Assembly: GCF_009834535.1 (NCBI RefSeq)
Contig: NC_045697.1
Location: 39,620,001-39,684,000, forward strand
Origin: Camelus ferus
Lineage: Eukaryota
Reading direction: 5' to 3'
Length of the DNA: 64,000 nt
Positions 51,482-64,000 of this stretch are shown piece by piece. Position 1 is the first letter of the stretch; every line of letters starts with the position of its first letter. Position numbers and translations under genes: made by a program. The notes beneath the pieces were generated by a model. The model worked only from the letters and a program-made list of their open reading frames with translations. It was not told the DNA's origin and searched no databases.

Positions 51482-54400
51482 GTATGTGAGTGCGCTGAAT
51501 TTTCTGTGGGGGTCAATTACCTGGCTTTAGAAATGGATCTTCTATGTTCAATATTTTGCAGATGAAGTTCCCTGATGTTTAAATTACTGTATACATTCAC
51601 CAGAACTCAGCTTTCTGAAGGCTAAACCTATGATAAGAGTTCCGCCTATCTCACAGGTGCTGAATTTAATTACACTCCAAAGGAAAATTAGCTGGCAAAT
51701 AAAATGTAGTCACTAGTGTTCTGCTTTAAGGGGAAAATGGTGGAGGGGGGTGTGAATTGGTCCATAGAGCCTTAGAGTGAGGACACTTGCTTGTCCCTCA
51801 GTCTACCCCTGTAAATTGTCACTGGCTCTAGGCGTTCTGATCCATAAAAAGAAGGTGCTAAACTAAAATGATTTGCCCTCACATTCAGTTTCCTTGTAGT
51901 GCAGTTTGCAGCCAGTGTCTGTCTATAGAGATATTCCAGCTGCCGTCGAGAACCAAAAAGTGTGAGGAATCCAAAATACGGCTTTGCCTTTTTATAACAG
52001 CAGGGAACTTTTGAAACAGTTTGTTTTTCAGCAAGTGCGTTTATTGAGTGCTTGTTGTCAGTCCTGGGGGAGGCAGTAGTAGAACAGGCTTGTGCTCCAG
52101 TCCTCAGGGAACGTGTAATCAGAGAGCCTTGTCAGTGACTCTTAGTAACCTCTGTTAGGAACACACGTTCTTAAGAGCAGGTATAAAGAACCATGAATTT
52201 ATGTTCACAGGTGGGTTTTTCATATCGCCAAAATGCCTAGGTCTCTTTTCCAGTCTCAGCCATAGCTGTATAATCGAGATAGTCTTTTCATCAAAATATG
52301 CTCTTTTAAGTAAGGAAGCTTCCAGAATAATGCACTCGACTGTGATGGCAGGGATTCTGGGTTTTGTTTACATGATGATAAACCTGACCCTCAGTGTCTA
52401 GCCCAAGACCCGACACATAGTATGTGCCCAGTAAACTCTCTGTCCATTAATCCTCCATGGTATTTTGGTTCTGAATGTGTGAGGTTTAAATTTAAAAATA
52501 AACAGCTAGAGCTTTGCTGATTGATTTTGCTGGCCCATCCCTGCAGTGGAAAAACACTGGCACTCTGGGATAATGGTCATATTTCAATCCAAGTTTTGTT
52601 TGGATTTCTTTTTAAAGGCATTGGACCAAACAGGAACTGCACTGGAGCTCACACGTATTGTGAAACTTTGTCCTTCTCTTCTGGGGTATTCAGAACTTGG
52701 AGCGATAGAACTGAACTCTTCTAGCAGAGGGAACCCCTTCCCCACGGCAGGCTGAGCCTGTAAGTGTAGATCTCCTCACTGACACCAGGCCGGCCTCGGT
52801 GACGGAGGAGGGACTTATGTGTCTTCCTTCTTTTCACTGTGTGGATTCAGGTTATGAATCCTTGAAAGACTCGCTGGCCTGTGGCCCCTGGGATCCCTCA
52901 ACTGCATTCTAGTCTTCACCTTACTGCCAGTTCAGGGGTTTGTGTGGCGGGGTATTTGTTGCTCTGAGGAGGGCACAGAGGCTCTCGTTCTGCCTGGGGT
53001 GTGGCAGTGTGCAGGCCCTGGGAGAGCCCAACCTGGACTCAAACCTCAGCCCTGCTAAGACTAGCTCTGTGACTTTGGGCTGCTTAGGTAACTGTCCGAG
53101 CGTCAGTGCTTTGTCTGTGTGATAGATGTCTGCTGTAGGTTGTCATGGAGACTAGATGACATTACACACACACACACATTTACCTGTAGGCTGTCTGGCA
53201 CTGAGAAAGTAGGGCAGAGTGGCTTTAGGGGATTCCTCAGTGAATGACAGGTTTCGCTTCTGTTACAATTCTATGTTCTGCCCTCTGCTGCCTACTTATT
53301 AAATGATTGAATCAGGAGAAGTGTGCATTTTTTAGCACTCTTATCATTAGAAATATGAAATATTAATTCTCAGCCCTTTCTTTCATCATTCTTTCAGATG
53401 AAGGAAGAACACTTTTGGGCTCTGGAGTTTAGCATCTCTTAGGGCAGGGGACCAGTGCGCTACAAAGTCTGAGTGTCATTTATTCCTGGGCCCAGCTCAG
53501 ACTCTCTGCCTCTCTCTGAAACATGATACTCCAGCCTCCTCAGGAAAAGCAGAGTTCACTTGATATCTGGCCAGTCTGAAAATCAAGGAGTGGAATTTCC
53601 ATTCTTAGATCTGTGGTGTCACCATGGACCCTGGACTTGTAAATACCATTTGGGCAACACTCCTCTTAAAAGAAAAGTACATAAACTTCCAGAGATAAAG
53701 TGTCATTCCAAACCCCAAGTTTTTCTAGAAAAGCAGATGCTTAGAGCCTGATGGTTTTTCCTGAGTCTGCAGATTCTGGTTTAAAAGGACACTAACAGTC
53801 CTAATCACAGGCCAAAACAATTATCTGCTACTTCTGTACACTTTTTTAACAAGGCTGTTTGCTTTAACAGGATATCCTACAGACAGGGACATGTATGGAA
53901 AACTGACATGCTCATTTACATACCTGCCCTAGGAATTATTATTAAAGGGTGTCCTTTTCAACATTTTAGGGTCTCATCAGAACACCGCATCACAGAACCA
54001 GTGCAGCTCACCACATAACCTTTTCAGACCTCGATGTTGGTGTAAATGGGAGACTGGGTGGCTTGCTCAGAGCTTCTGGGTCCTCACTGATGTATTTTAG
54101 TCTTGGGTTTTAAAGCCCAGGAACTAACATGACACTAAACATACCATGTTCAAATTTAAATACAAATTCTAAAGCAGATTTATATAAATACTATCGTTTA
54201 GTTACCTGCTGTTTGGGATTATCTGATCTTTGCACTGTCAGCCTACTTGTTTTTACCCAATAAAACAGAAAAGAGAGTCATTTTCTAAATCAGCAATTAT
54301 AAGAATCCATCTCATTTGTCTTCTCTCACTAGCAGTCCTTTAATTCAGAGGTACCCCTCCCCACACAAATTCAGACCACTTTTTGTTGTACTGATGAGAT

Positions 54401-56095
54401 TTGGGGGCAGTGTCATTTCTTGTCATCTGTCTGGGGCATAATCTCTCCCAAAGTGGGGCCTCTTTGCTACTGTTCAGAACTAGAAATCTTTGTGAACTCA
54501 ATACAGGCAGAACTTTCAGCTTGGAGGTGGAATTCTTTACATTAAGATGATAACTTGGTCAAACCCTATCAGAGGAAAATGCTATCTTGTGACATTTTTA
54601 ATACGTCTTTAGGTCCCTGTGTTAAGATCCTGCTTCACTTCATGTCTTGCTTATTTGTAGACGGAAAGAAAACTGGACAGGGAGTTAGTGCACCTGGGTT
54701 CTGGACTCGGCTCTGTTGCCTTGGGCAGATCAGTTCCTCTTGGGTGCTCAGCTTTACCACATTAAAAAACAAGGCTCTTCTAGCTTTAACATCCCATGGT
54801 TCCAGTGTCATCTCTTTTTTTCAAGTTAAAAACATCAGTCATTGTCTCTTTCACCTTTGCTGCACTGTCCAGATAACAACAACCAAGTTGATGTTTCTGT
54901 AGAGAAGCTTTATTTGAGGCTAAGACAAACACCATCACAAAAAACAAATGCTTTCCTCTAATCAGGCCTTTGTGACTGCCGTTCGAGACTTGCCTCTGCT
55001 TAAATGTGGACAATACTGGCTGGTGTTCCCTCTGTACTTTGACATATTCTCTGAGATTTAGGTAGAAAGAGACCAGTTGATGAAGATTTCTTTTCATCAA
55101 AAACAAAGATGGAGTGGAAGGCGCTACCTTCACCCATCAGATCTTCATATCTAGATTTACGTGTTGTCTTGCTCTGTGTGCAAAAATACATCTTCATCTT
55201 AACCCTATTCCTACACATTGAAAGCCACTCAGTGCTGCCACTTAAATGAAAACTAAAGGTTTGAAGCAAAAGGAGTGAAAGTATGTTGAAAAGACAATAG
55301 ATGCTTAGCCTAAAGTCACTTTCAAATAATTATGGATCATAAAGATTTTCTAATCTGAATTCTGCAGAGGCTCAGAGAACGTCACTGGCTCGTTCACAGG
55401 CCCATTCGTGGTTAGTGGTGGAGTCCCTGAGCAGCTTATGACCTGAGAATAAGATTGTCAGCTTCCAGTTTTCCCACAGTCTATTTAATATCAGCAGCCC
55501 CTTTTTAATAGTTCACAAGGTGCTGCTTTGTTTCTTTACTCTTGGTTAGATTTTGGCTCTGCTCGCAAATCCAGCACTGATAACTGCATGAGAAGTGGCT
55601 TTATGATGGGGGAAAGTCATATTGACTATTGGTATCACCAAGCCTTTGGCTTCAGACATATATCATGGAAATAATTCTTGTGTAAATCAAGTAGGATTCT
55701 TTCCACCACCTCAGACTTAAAGATCACTGATACTTTCCATGTTTCAATACTTCTAGCAAATGTCAGTGTTAACTTTGGTGGAATGATGAGGAGTTTTGAC
55801 TCTCTCTAGTCAAAAACTGGATTTTATCAGATCACTCACAGGTGATTAATTCTAAGGGTCATTAATTTTATAAATGAACAATTCATAGAAAATCTAAATA
55901 TCAGTGTCATAAGCCAAATATAAGCCAGCTATCCTCTTGATCTACTCTAACTAGAATATCTGGTTTTCAAACAAAGAATTAGAAAGGAAATTGGTTTCTT
56001 TCAAATTTGCCATATCTGGTAATTTTACCACTAAGTCTCCTTCCAAAATCCAGTGTATCCTTTTACAATCCAAAGATGTTTCTGCCAAGCAACCA

Positions 56096-56332
56096 CAGTT
56101 GACCATTGACCGATGGCAGAGGTTAGGCCTTGTTCAACTCTCAGCATAATTGAAAATCTGACTATAGCTTAGAGCCAGCTCTCTGTATCCACAGTCCCTC
56201 CACATCCAAGGTTCAGAATCCATGAATTCAACCAACCGCAGACCGTGTAGTAATGTAGTATTTACCATTGACAAAAGTCCACATATAAGTGGACCTGTGC
56301 ATTTCAAACCCACGTTGTTCAAGGGTCAGATG
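56096..56332. mobile_element. Tigger2/MER8-like TcMar non-autonomous DNA transposon
   Basis: Degenerate TIRs CAGTTGACCATTGA... and ...TCAAGGGTCAGATG followed by TA. Internal 'ccacatataagtggacctgtgcatttcaaaccc'. Confidence 0.8.
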
Positions 56333-56619
56333 TAGTAGCAGGATGCTAGTCTGCAGTGGGGAATGCTGGCTCCTTATTATTTTTATTTTCTGTATGTCTT
56401 TTGGTCACTAAACCATCTGTTGTTTATCTTTCACAATAATTTTTCACCACAAGTCATGTGTTGACAGTTAGGATGTGCCTTAATCTCATCTGCAAACACA
56501 TTTAATGGATACATCTTATGTTAAAAAAAAGTATTCCATGTGTTCCTAAATTTTGTCATTTTACATGTGAGATGGTACAAGTCACTCATTTCTATTCCTT
56601 ACATTTCTTTGTGGCTATT

Positions 56620-57290
56620 AAATACAGAAAAGAGCCCAAATTATAAATATGAATATTGATAAATTTTCATAAAGTAGACAAGTCCAGGTAACCAACATCC
56701 AGGTCAAGAAATAAAATGTTGCCAACCTTCTCTGGAAGCCCTTATCCTGTCCCCTTCCAGTCAATACTATCACCTTCCACCCAGCAACAAAAACAATAAT
56801 CCTGACTTAGAACACTATAGATTTGACTTGCTTATTTTTAAACTTAATCTTACAGTATACATTCTTAGGTGTCTAGCTTGTTTTCCTTGGCTTTATTTTT
56901 GTGAGACTGATCCGTGATGCAGTGATGTTGCTTATAGCTGTGACTCATTCATTCTCATGGCATGTATTCAATTTTGGAAACCCACCTTATTTATTCTACT
57001 GCTGTTGGGCATCTGGATGGTTTCCAGTTTGGGGTTGTTATAAAAGTGCTTCTATGAACATTCTTATAATATATGTCTTTTGGTGACATTTATATGTCTT
57101 ATGGCCACGTTTGTTTGGTGTGTACTTAAGAATGGAATTGATGAGTCATATGTTTAGCTTTAGGAGATACTGCCAAACAGGTTCCCAACACGTCCCACCC
57201 CTGCAGCAGTGAGAGAGTCCCAGCTGCTCAGCATTCTTTCTGACACTTGACACTGTACTTTGTTTTAGCCGTTGTGGTAGGTATGTAGTT
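56620..57290 (-). mobile_element. Old L1 (L1ME-like) 3' region
   Basis: 'gggcatctggatggtttccagtttgggg...tatgaacattctt...aggagatactgccaaacag'. Confidence 0.8.
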
Positions 57291-58007
57291 ACTAACACCT
57301 GTGGGTCAATCCTCACTCTTTTTGTAGAAATTAATTTGTGTGTTCCCTTCCAGTTTTGACAGTCATCTTTCATGAAATACCAATTTAAAAACTCCTTTTG
57401 ATGTGGTAGATGGTAAAAGCCAGAAAAAAATACCGCCTGCCTCTTGAATTGTGGTAACAGGAAGAGACAGAAAGAAATGGTTATTATTATTACTGCTGGT
57501 GATAGAAAATAAATCAGGATGTTTTTGCATAATGTCTAGCTTGTGAAGTTTAGCCAGAGTTCGCTTATTGTTGACCACTTTGAGAAAGGCAAATAAAAAA
57601 GGCAACAAAGTATAATCCATTCATGCCTAATCCAGAGTCGCCTTCAAAGTTGAAGGCCTGTAAGAGAAATGATCAAAGCTGATACTATTTGCCCTTCCTC
57701 GCCTCTGTCACTCTTGCCTTATGTGTATGATAGAAAGAAAATGCAGATGACCAACAGCAAACTTGAAGCACAGTTACTTCATCTCTTGCTCCGTTTAAGT
57801 AAGCAAACGTATACATGTGAATGTGGCATACCTGTTTACATTTGAAATGTCCATTCTCCTCTTTTGCAGATATTTGTGGAATATAGTTTTCATGTCAGGC
57901 ACTGAAATAGTTGCCAGGGATACAGAAGCACAAACTCCTGCTCTCGAGGGGCTTACAGTCCAAAGAGAAGACAGACGTGTCAACAAATAGTTACTGCAGA
58001 ATATAAA

Positions 58008-58335
58008 TGTGTCAGCCTTTGGGGTGGCTATGACAAAATACTGTAGACCAGGTGGTTTATAAACAGTTGAAATTTACCTCTCACAGTTCTGGAGGCTGGG
58101 AAGTCCAAGATCAAAGTGCCAGGGTCTGGTGAGGGCCCACCTTCCGCTTCATAAACAGCTGTCTTTTTGCTGTCCTCACATAGGGAGCTCCCTGGGGTCT
58201 CTTTTACAGGGGGCACTAATCCCACTCATGAGGGCTCCACCCTCGTGACCTAATCGCCTCCCCAAGGCCCCGCCTCCAAATGCCATCACACTGGGGATTC
58301 GTTTTCAACATATGAATTTGGTACAGGAGGGGGAC
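58008..58335 (-). mobile_element. MLT1-family MaLR LTR nested in an antisense L2 remnant (from about 57870)
   Basis: 'ctcacagttctggaggctgggaagtccaagatcaaagtgcc...cactaatcccactcatgagggctccaccctcgtgacctaatc'. Confidence 0.88.
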
Positions 58336-59186
58336 CCGAACATTCTGTCTATAGAAGAGCATAGGTGAGTTACAAGGTGCACACAGGTTGCAGTAGGTGA
58401 CACCAGGAGAGAATGAGCAGGTCTTCCAGAGAGGGGGAGGTCAGCAGACGGCTGCACGGGGGAGGGCGGGGACTCTTGGTCTGGACTTTCTCAAACCAAG
58501 GAGCAGAGAGGAGGCCATTCCAGGACAGAGGGAGACAGACGAGGAGGTATGACATAACCTCGTTGCTCTCTGGCGCTGGAGTCGGTGGGAGGAGGAGAAG
58601 CGGCAGGTGGTGCACCAGGGGGCTGGGCTTGATTTCTCCCCTCTGCCTGTGGAGTCAGGACTTCAAACATTTTGAGCCCTGTGCCTGATTTTAGGGATAC
58701 AGAGATGAATCAGCCCATGTATCCTATCAGCATATGTTCCTTGAATACCTACTGTTTGCCAGAATTTGTCCTTAAAAACACAACAATTCCATAGGGAAGA
58801 GAGACTTTTTTTTTTTTTTTAATGATTACAGAACTGCCTGGTAAGCAGCGTAACAGAAATACATGCCTTCTTCTTCCCTGGACCTGGAAAATAGTAAATC
58901 ATCTGGAAACTCTGAACCCCCAGGGGTTTTAAATAGGGAACTAATGACTAATAATGATCATAGTTTTGATTGAGGAAAAGCAGTATGGCTGATGGAGTGA
59001 CTTCCAATGATCTGCCGCTAAAGTAGATATTTTACATGGCCACTGACTAATATTATCAGTTGAAATAAATTTTGCAAGAATGGTGGGACATCCGCTGACT
59101 CACCTGTGCTTTCTCTCTGCCCCGAGCATGCAAGTCTCCCAGCCACCAGGAGCCAGCTCCTCAGCTCTGCTGTTCTTGCATTTCAG

Positions 59187-59282
59187 GTGAGCAAGAATGA
59201 ACGCCAGGTCATGAAGCCACTGTACGACAGGTACCGCCTGGTCAAACAGATCCTGTCCCGAGCCAGCTCCATCCCCAGCATC
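59187..59282 (+). CDS. FAM13A: FAM13A coding exon L (96 nt, phase 0-0): [32 protein letters not shown]
   Basis: Acceptor tttcag|, donor ATC|gtgagt. Lies within ORF 59106..59339. Confidence 0.96.
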
Positions 59283-60781
59283 GTGAGTACGCCCCGCACT
59301 CCAGTCAGTGTCCCGGCTGAGCGGGCCCTGCTGTATTAATAGGGCCCTAACTTGCCTGCTGATGAAAGAACAGTCTTTCATAGTTGAACCTGCCCTTAGT
59401 ATCAGTGGCCGCTAAGCTTGAGGGATGAAGAATTTATCAAAGACTTCTGAGGCTACATTTGTCGAAAATGAGCAGATCTGAAGCTGACTGAATGTTTTTC
59501 CCTCTGGGGGAGATGCTTTGACTGAATACACCCATCTGACATGTGCTGGGCCAGCTCCCCAACCCTTTCCTCAGAGACAGAGCACTGAGGGGACAGGGCC
59601 GTGCTGTCTCCAGGGCCCCCACTCTAGAGGGTGCCTCTCTGGTCTTAAGGGTCCTCTGTTCATGATCTTCTCTCCACCTCCAGGATTAGGGTCAGCCCCT
59701 CTGGAATCATACCAAGGGAGAAGTCCTCTGAGGAGCTCCAGTGAGGGAGCCTCCCTCTTTTTGGAGGACGTAGGAAGTGTGAGGTGGAAGGACGGGAGGG
59801 GCAGCTGACAACTGTGAACCGTGCTCAGTGGCCGCCATCCTTGGACTTGGCTGCTTTCGGCTCCTCAATTTGGATTTTGTCAAGAGTAGGAAACAGTGAC
59901 TGGCCCTGAGCTCTGGGAAGGCCTTCCAGGCCCCGGCCAGCTGGCTCCCCTCCCCAATCTCAGCCTGGGCTTGGCCAGCCCAGCCACAAGGGCAGTGTCC
60001 CCACCCCGTCCATCTCCTGCGTCCTGTGCCTCCATTTCAGCGCTCTCCTCCCGGGGGACCCCGGGGCTTCCCCTGGTGGCTTTTGGGCTCTGCAATGAGC
60101 AGACACAGCCTCGCTTTTATGTTGGTGCTGGCGTGTGCATTCTCCTTAGCTGCTGCTCTCCGATTGAGTCTTGCTTCAAATCTCCCCAGTTTATTTCTAG
60201 GCCCAAGATGTGGTCTCTGCCTGTCTTTTAAACAGTGTATTTGTTCCTATGAACGGGGCAGGGTCCAGAGACCTCAGGCAGGTGTGTTTATGTTTACTTT
60301 TCTAGAAATGTCCTGCAGAATAAATCAGTAAACTAACCAACAAAAGGATTAAAGCTAAGGAACCATTTTCATTCTCCAGTCGGAAGTCCTTGGTGTCCCT
60401 AAATACGTGAATGGACAGCCTCGCTGTCCTCGATGACCTTTGCATCGCAAGAGCTTGTGCTATTACAGTTGTTCTTGAAGTTACTGTGATTGGGAGGGAA
60501 GTGGGGAGGCAGGGGCTTCTCCTCAGGTGGTTCTGCATGCTTGGTTGACTCTCTTGTGCTGTCCTTGCTCTCCTGTGACCCCCGTGGTTGTGGGGGTGAG
60601 GGGCTCTGAAGTGAAGCAGCAACTTGGGCAAGAACTTGGGCTGTTTCTTCCTGGATTTCCTGGGAGTCCTTGGTGGGGAGGGGTCAGGGTCTGGAGTTAA
60701 AAGGCAGAAATAAATAGTGGTGAGTCAGAGGGGAAGGGAACAGGGTTCGCCATGTAACCTGCCTCTTAACGCCTGTCGCAG

Positions 60782-60864
60782 GGTTCCCCTTCCAGCAAGC
60801 GAGAAGCCCTTTGCTGCAGCCAATTATCGAGGGCGAAACTGCTTCCTTCTTCAAGGAGATAAAG
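60782..60864 (+). CDS. FAM13A: FAM13A coding exon M (83 nt as assembled, 84 expected): GSPSSK[-1 frameshift][21 protein letters not shown]
   Basis: Acceptor tcgcag|, donor AAG|gtgaag. GSPSSK and [21 protein letters not shown] are in different frames because one base is missing at about 60800-60802. Confidence 0.9.
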
Positions 60865-63329
60865 GTGAAGACCTCCTGCTGCTTACCGCCTGCTACACCC
60901 ACGACCATCCCGTCCTCGGTGCCCTCCCTCCCTGACCCCGCGCCTCCCTCTCTCCAGTGGATAGAAAGGGGCTGTGATCGGGTCCTTTGTTGACAGCTTC
61001 CTGCAGCGTTCCCTAAAAATCCATAGCTGCTTCTGACCAACTTTAAACAATCCTCTTTGATTTACGTTATAGATCAGCTGATCTCCTTAGTTTCATTTGA
61101 TTCCCCCGCTTTTCATTTTGTTTTGTTTGTTATTGTTTGGTATTTATTTTGCTTGCTGGGATTTTTGTTTTGTTTTCACGATGTTTTTTGTTTTGGGTAT
61201 TTTTTTCCCTCTATTTGGGGAATGGATTTTCTGTACTCTAAAATTTTGTTAAATTAGCTCATCGCGTAACTTTTTTTAAAAAGATCTCATTTGCTGAGTT
61301 TATAGAAAAACCAAAATCAACAAAGGCAATATATATAGCACACAGTAAAAAAAAAAAAATTATTTTATAGACAAATCTCTTAGTTGTCTTTGACAGATTT
61401 TCAGTCTCACCCACCCTCCCTTCCTGTGGCCTTCCCCCTGGCACATTTAGTCCTCTGTGCTCTGACCAGCAGTCACTGGGACACACACTCTGGTTTTCCC
61501 CCAGTGGTAATACTGGAGTGTATACAGATAATCCTTGTCCTCAGTGGCTGCTTTTGCTAGCGTAGAGGGGACAGACTGTGTCCACGGCTCTGTACAGACC
61601 TAATTGGCCTGGACTAAGATCAGCCTCTTTCATGTTTTTGTTTCTAGACAGCTGAACACGCTGACTGCCTTACACAGGGCTCCAGAGATGAAACGTCAAA
61701 GTCAATCATTTTTTAAAATCAGTGATTGTTTTTTCCAGCAGTTAAGTCGGAAGGGGGACAAAAACCCCAAACAGAAGTGAGTTTTAAGAGTTTCACTTGT
61801 CATATTTCTGTGGCAATCCCAAGTCTGGGGTGGCATTTATTTAGTGTAGTTAGGAATGATTATTTCAAAATATGGGGGCCCCATTTGTACGGGGGGACAC
61901 CAGTTGAGAACTGCTCCATTTTCTTGCCTGAGTCTCCTCGTAACTGAGGTAAGGAAGCAGAGGCTGCAAGGTCCCCTCTTCTGTTAACTCTGTTCCTTTT
62001 CTTACCTCTCAAGGGTCTCAACTACTTCATAGACCTCACATTCAAGTGTCAGGCAGTGATTGTGTTCACTCTTCATATTAACTTAACTAGAACTTGTTTT
62101 ATAAAAAATGCTCTAACTGTGAAATTTAGGCAAATATCTTACATTGTATCTTAAAAATTAGAGCTACTTTTTTTTTTGCAATAAGACTTGATGTTGATAA
62201 AAGAAGACAAATATTGTCTTGCTGGTAATTTTACACCAGAATTAAATCACTGTAATTGAAGAAATTTGGGCAATTGTGTGAATGAAAATTAGCATATTTC
62301 TCTTAGAAGTATGCGATAAAACTGTTCCTGGATAAAAATGTGTTCTTGAACACATCCCACATATGACACTTACTAATTGCCTCATGAAACAAATGAAGCT
62401 ACATGAATGATGCTCTTTTGAAAAGAGGATGTTCTTCCCAATCTTATCTTTTAGCTTAGTTTATTTTTTTCACAAGTATATTTTGGCCATGGTTCTTCTC
62501 CTGGTCCTCATGGTGGTCAAAATTTCAGATAATTTTACAATGATTACTTTGCTTTTGTAAACAGTGTTGCCTTTTAGTTCATTTTGTTCCAGTTGGCCAA
62601 GCTTATCAGCATGTGATTGGATTGTATTACTTCTCAGCAATTGTGATACAATTTAGAATTTGGTGTGTGTGTGTGTGCAGATGAAAAGATTGCATCTAAA
62701 TGGTTTCTTTGAAAACCGTCCCTGGCTATAAATGCTTGTGGGAAGGCCCCAGCTGTTGGAGAGAGTCAGCTCAAGTTCTGAAGCTCTAGGTCCTCCAACC
62801 CCCAAATCCTGCAGATCAGCTAGTCAGTTCTATGCAGCTAAGAATTCTCTCTGAAACTTCTCTGGCAGAATAGAGACATTGTCCCTGAGAAGTGCTTCCA
62901 TCCTCACGCTTGAAAAGTTTGCAGTGATGAAGAGAGTAAGGTCACTCATTACGTGGGCTTAGCATCAGTGTTATTAGTTAATTATTAGTTTTATGATTAT
63001 CATTTTAAAAATTATTGACTACAATATAGTCATTATATAATATGTAATTTCAGAATGGATAGGTTTAATAACTATAAAATATTACAATTAATGAAAAGAA
63101 TTAAATCATAATATTTGGAGTTACTACTATTTGTATTGGATGACTTCCTACATAATAGGCTTAGTTTTGCCTGTGGTACAACCTGGAATTGGATCCTGCT
63201 GCTTCCCTGAGGGCACTGCGTCTGTTTACAGTCACCGGCTCTGCCTACGCCTCCCCACCCCTGTGAACTGTTTTTCCTCCAGGTTCTTCTCACTGTTTCT
63301 CGCATGATACGGGCTCCAGACCTTCCAGC

Positions 63330-64000
63330 AGACTAGTGGCTCGGCTCTGTACGCCCACACCAGTCTCTCTGTATCCCTCTTAAGTACTGACACCCAGAAC
63401 TGAACATTATTCTAGATACGATTTAAGCAGAAGGACAGTGGACCAAGGACTAGTCCTGACCTTGATCCGGAGTCAGTTCTACAAGTCTATGCCTGCGTGA
63501 CTGTCAGTGAACTTTGAGTTCATCTGAGTCTTTCTGGGGCAGGATGCCTCGACCTCAGTCTGCAGACATTTGGAGCCAGATAACTCTGTTGTGGGGGGCT
63601 GGCCTCCACCCACTGGGTGCGAGCAGTGCACTCCAACCACCCCCGCCCCAGTGTGACAACTAAAAGTGCCTCCAGACATTGCCAGACGTCCCCTGGAGGC
63701 ATACCTGCCCTCAGATGAGAACCAGGTCTTGTGGCCTCACCTCGCTTCTGATTTATACCAACCCCAGCTTCCTTTTCCAAGGGCTGCTTAGTGTCCATGT
63801 GTCTTTTTCTCATCTAATTATAGGACCTTGAGTTTTTCGGGTTGGTTAACTTTTTATACTTCTATTCCAGCCTTACGACATAGACTAAATCTAGATTTTG
63901 TATTCCAACACACCAGATATCCCTACCCACTGTATTATCTGCACGTTTTGTGAATATCCCTCTGGCGCCTTATCCAAGTGACTGGTGAATGTTGGTGAAT
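63330..64000 (-). mobile_element. CR1/L3 LINE remnant interrupted by MER20
   Basis: 'cccagaactgaacattattctagat' and 'ttatctgcacgttttg...tatccaagtgactggtgaatgttg' resemble antisense CR1 RT sequence. Confidence 0.55.
63540..63726. mobile_element. MER20 hAT DNA transposon
   Basis: 'gacatttggagccagataactctgttgtgggggg...gtgacaactaaaagtgcctccagacattgccagacgtcccctgg...gagaacc'. Confidence 0.88.

Noticed and set aside
60865..64000. Next FAM13A exon (EEEEGSEDD...)
   Set aside because: No matching reading frame with splice sites was found. It presumably lies beyond the window end.

Overview
Mammalian genomic DNA, most likely from a camelid because of its tRNA-Ala-like SINEs of Vic-1 type. The whole window lies inside FAM13A on the + strand. 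I resolved 13 coding exons (labelled A-M, 9903-60864, 1596 nt in total) with GT-AG boundaries. Their phases chain correctly from SAHVSQV to ASFFKEIK. The N-terminal RhoGAP exons and the last C-terminal exons were not found and presumably lie outside the window. The introns hold ordinary interspersed repeats: L1, L2, CR1/L3, MIR, MLT1, MER5, MER20, MER91, Tigger and young SINEs with target-site duplications (TSDs). I found no new self-contained biological system. The best leads are at gene level: (1) a 1-nt deletion frameshifts exon M, and a cryptic acceptor 14 nt downstream would restore the frame and keep the PP2A-B56 LxxIxE motif; (2) a candidate in-frame alternative first exon near 29.6 kb; (3) a motif-dense candidate intronic promoter/enhancer at 39.3-39.7 kb; (4) an AG|GTGAG recursive-splice-like start to exon L. 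Homology and repeat-family calls rest on my recollection of the human protein and repeat consensus sequences, not on database searches. Repeat boundaries are approximate.
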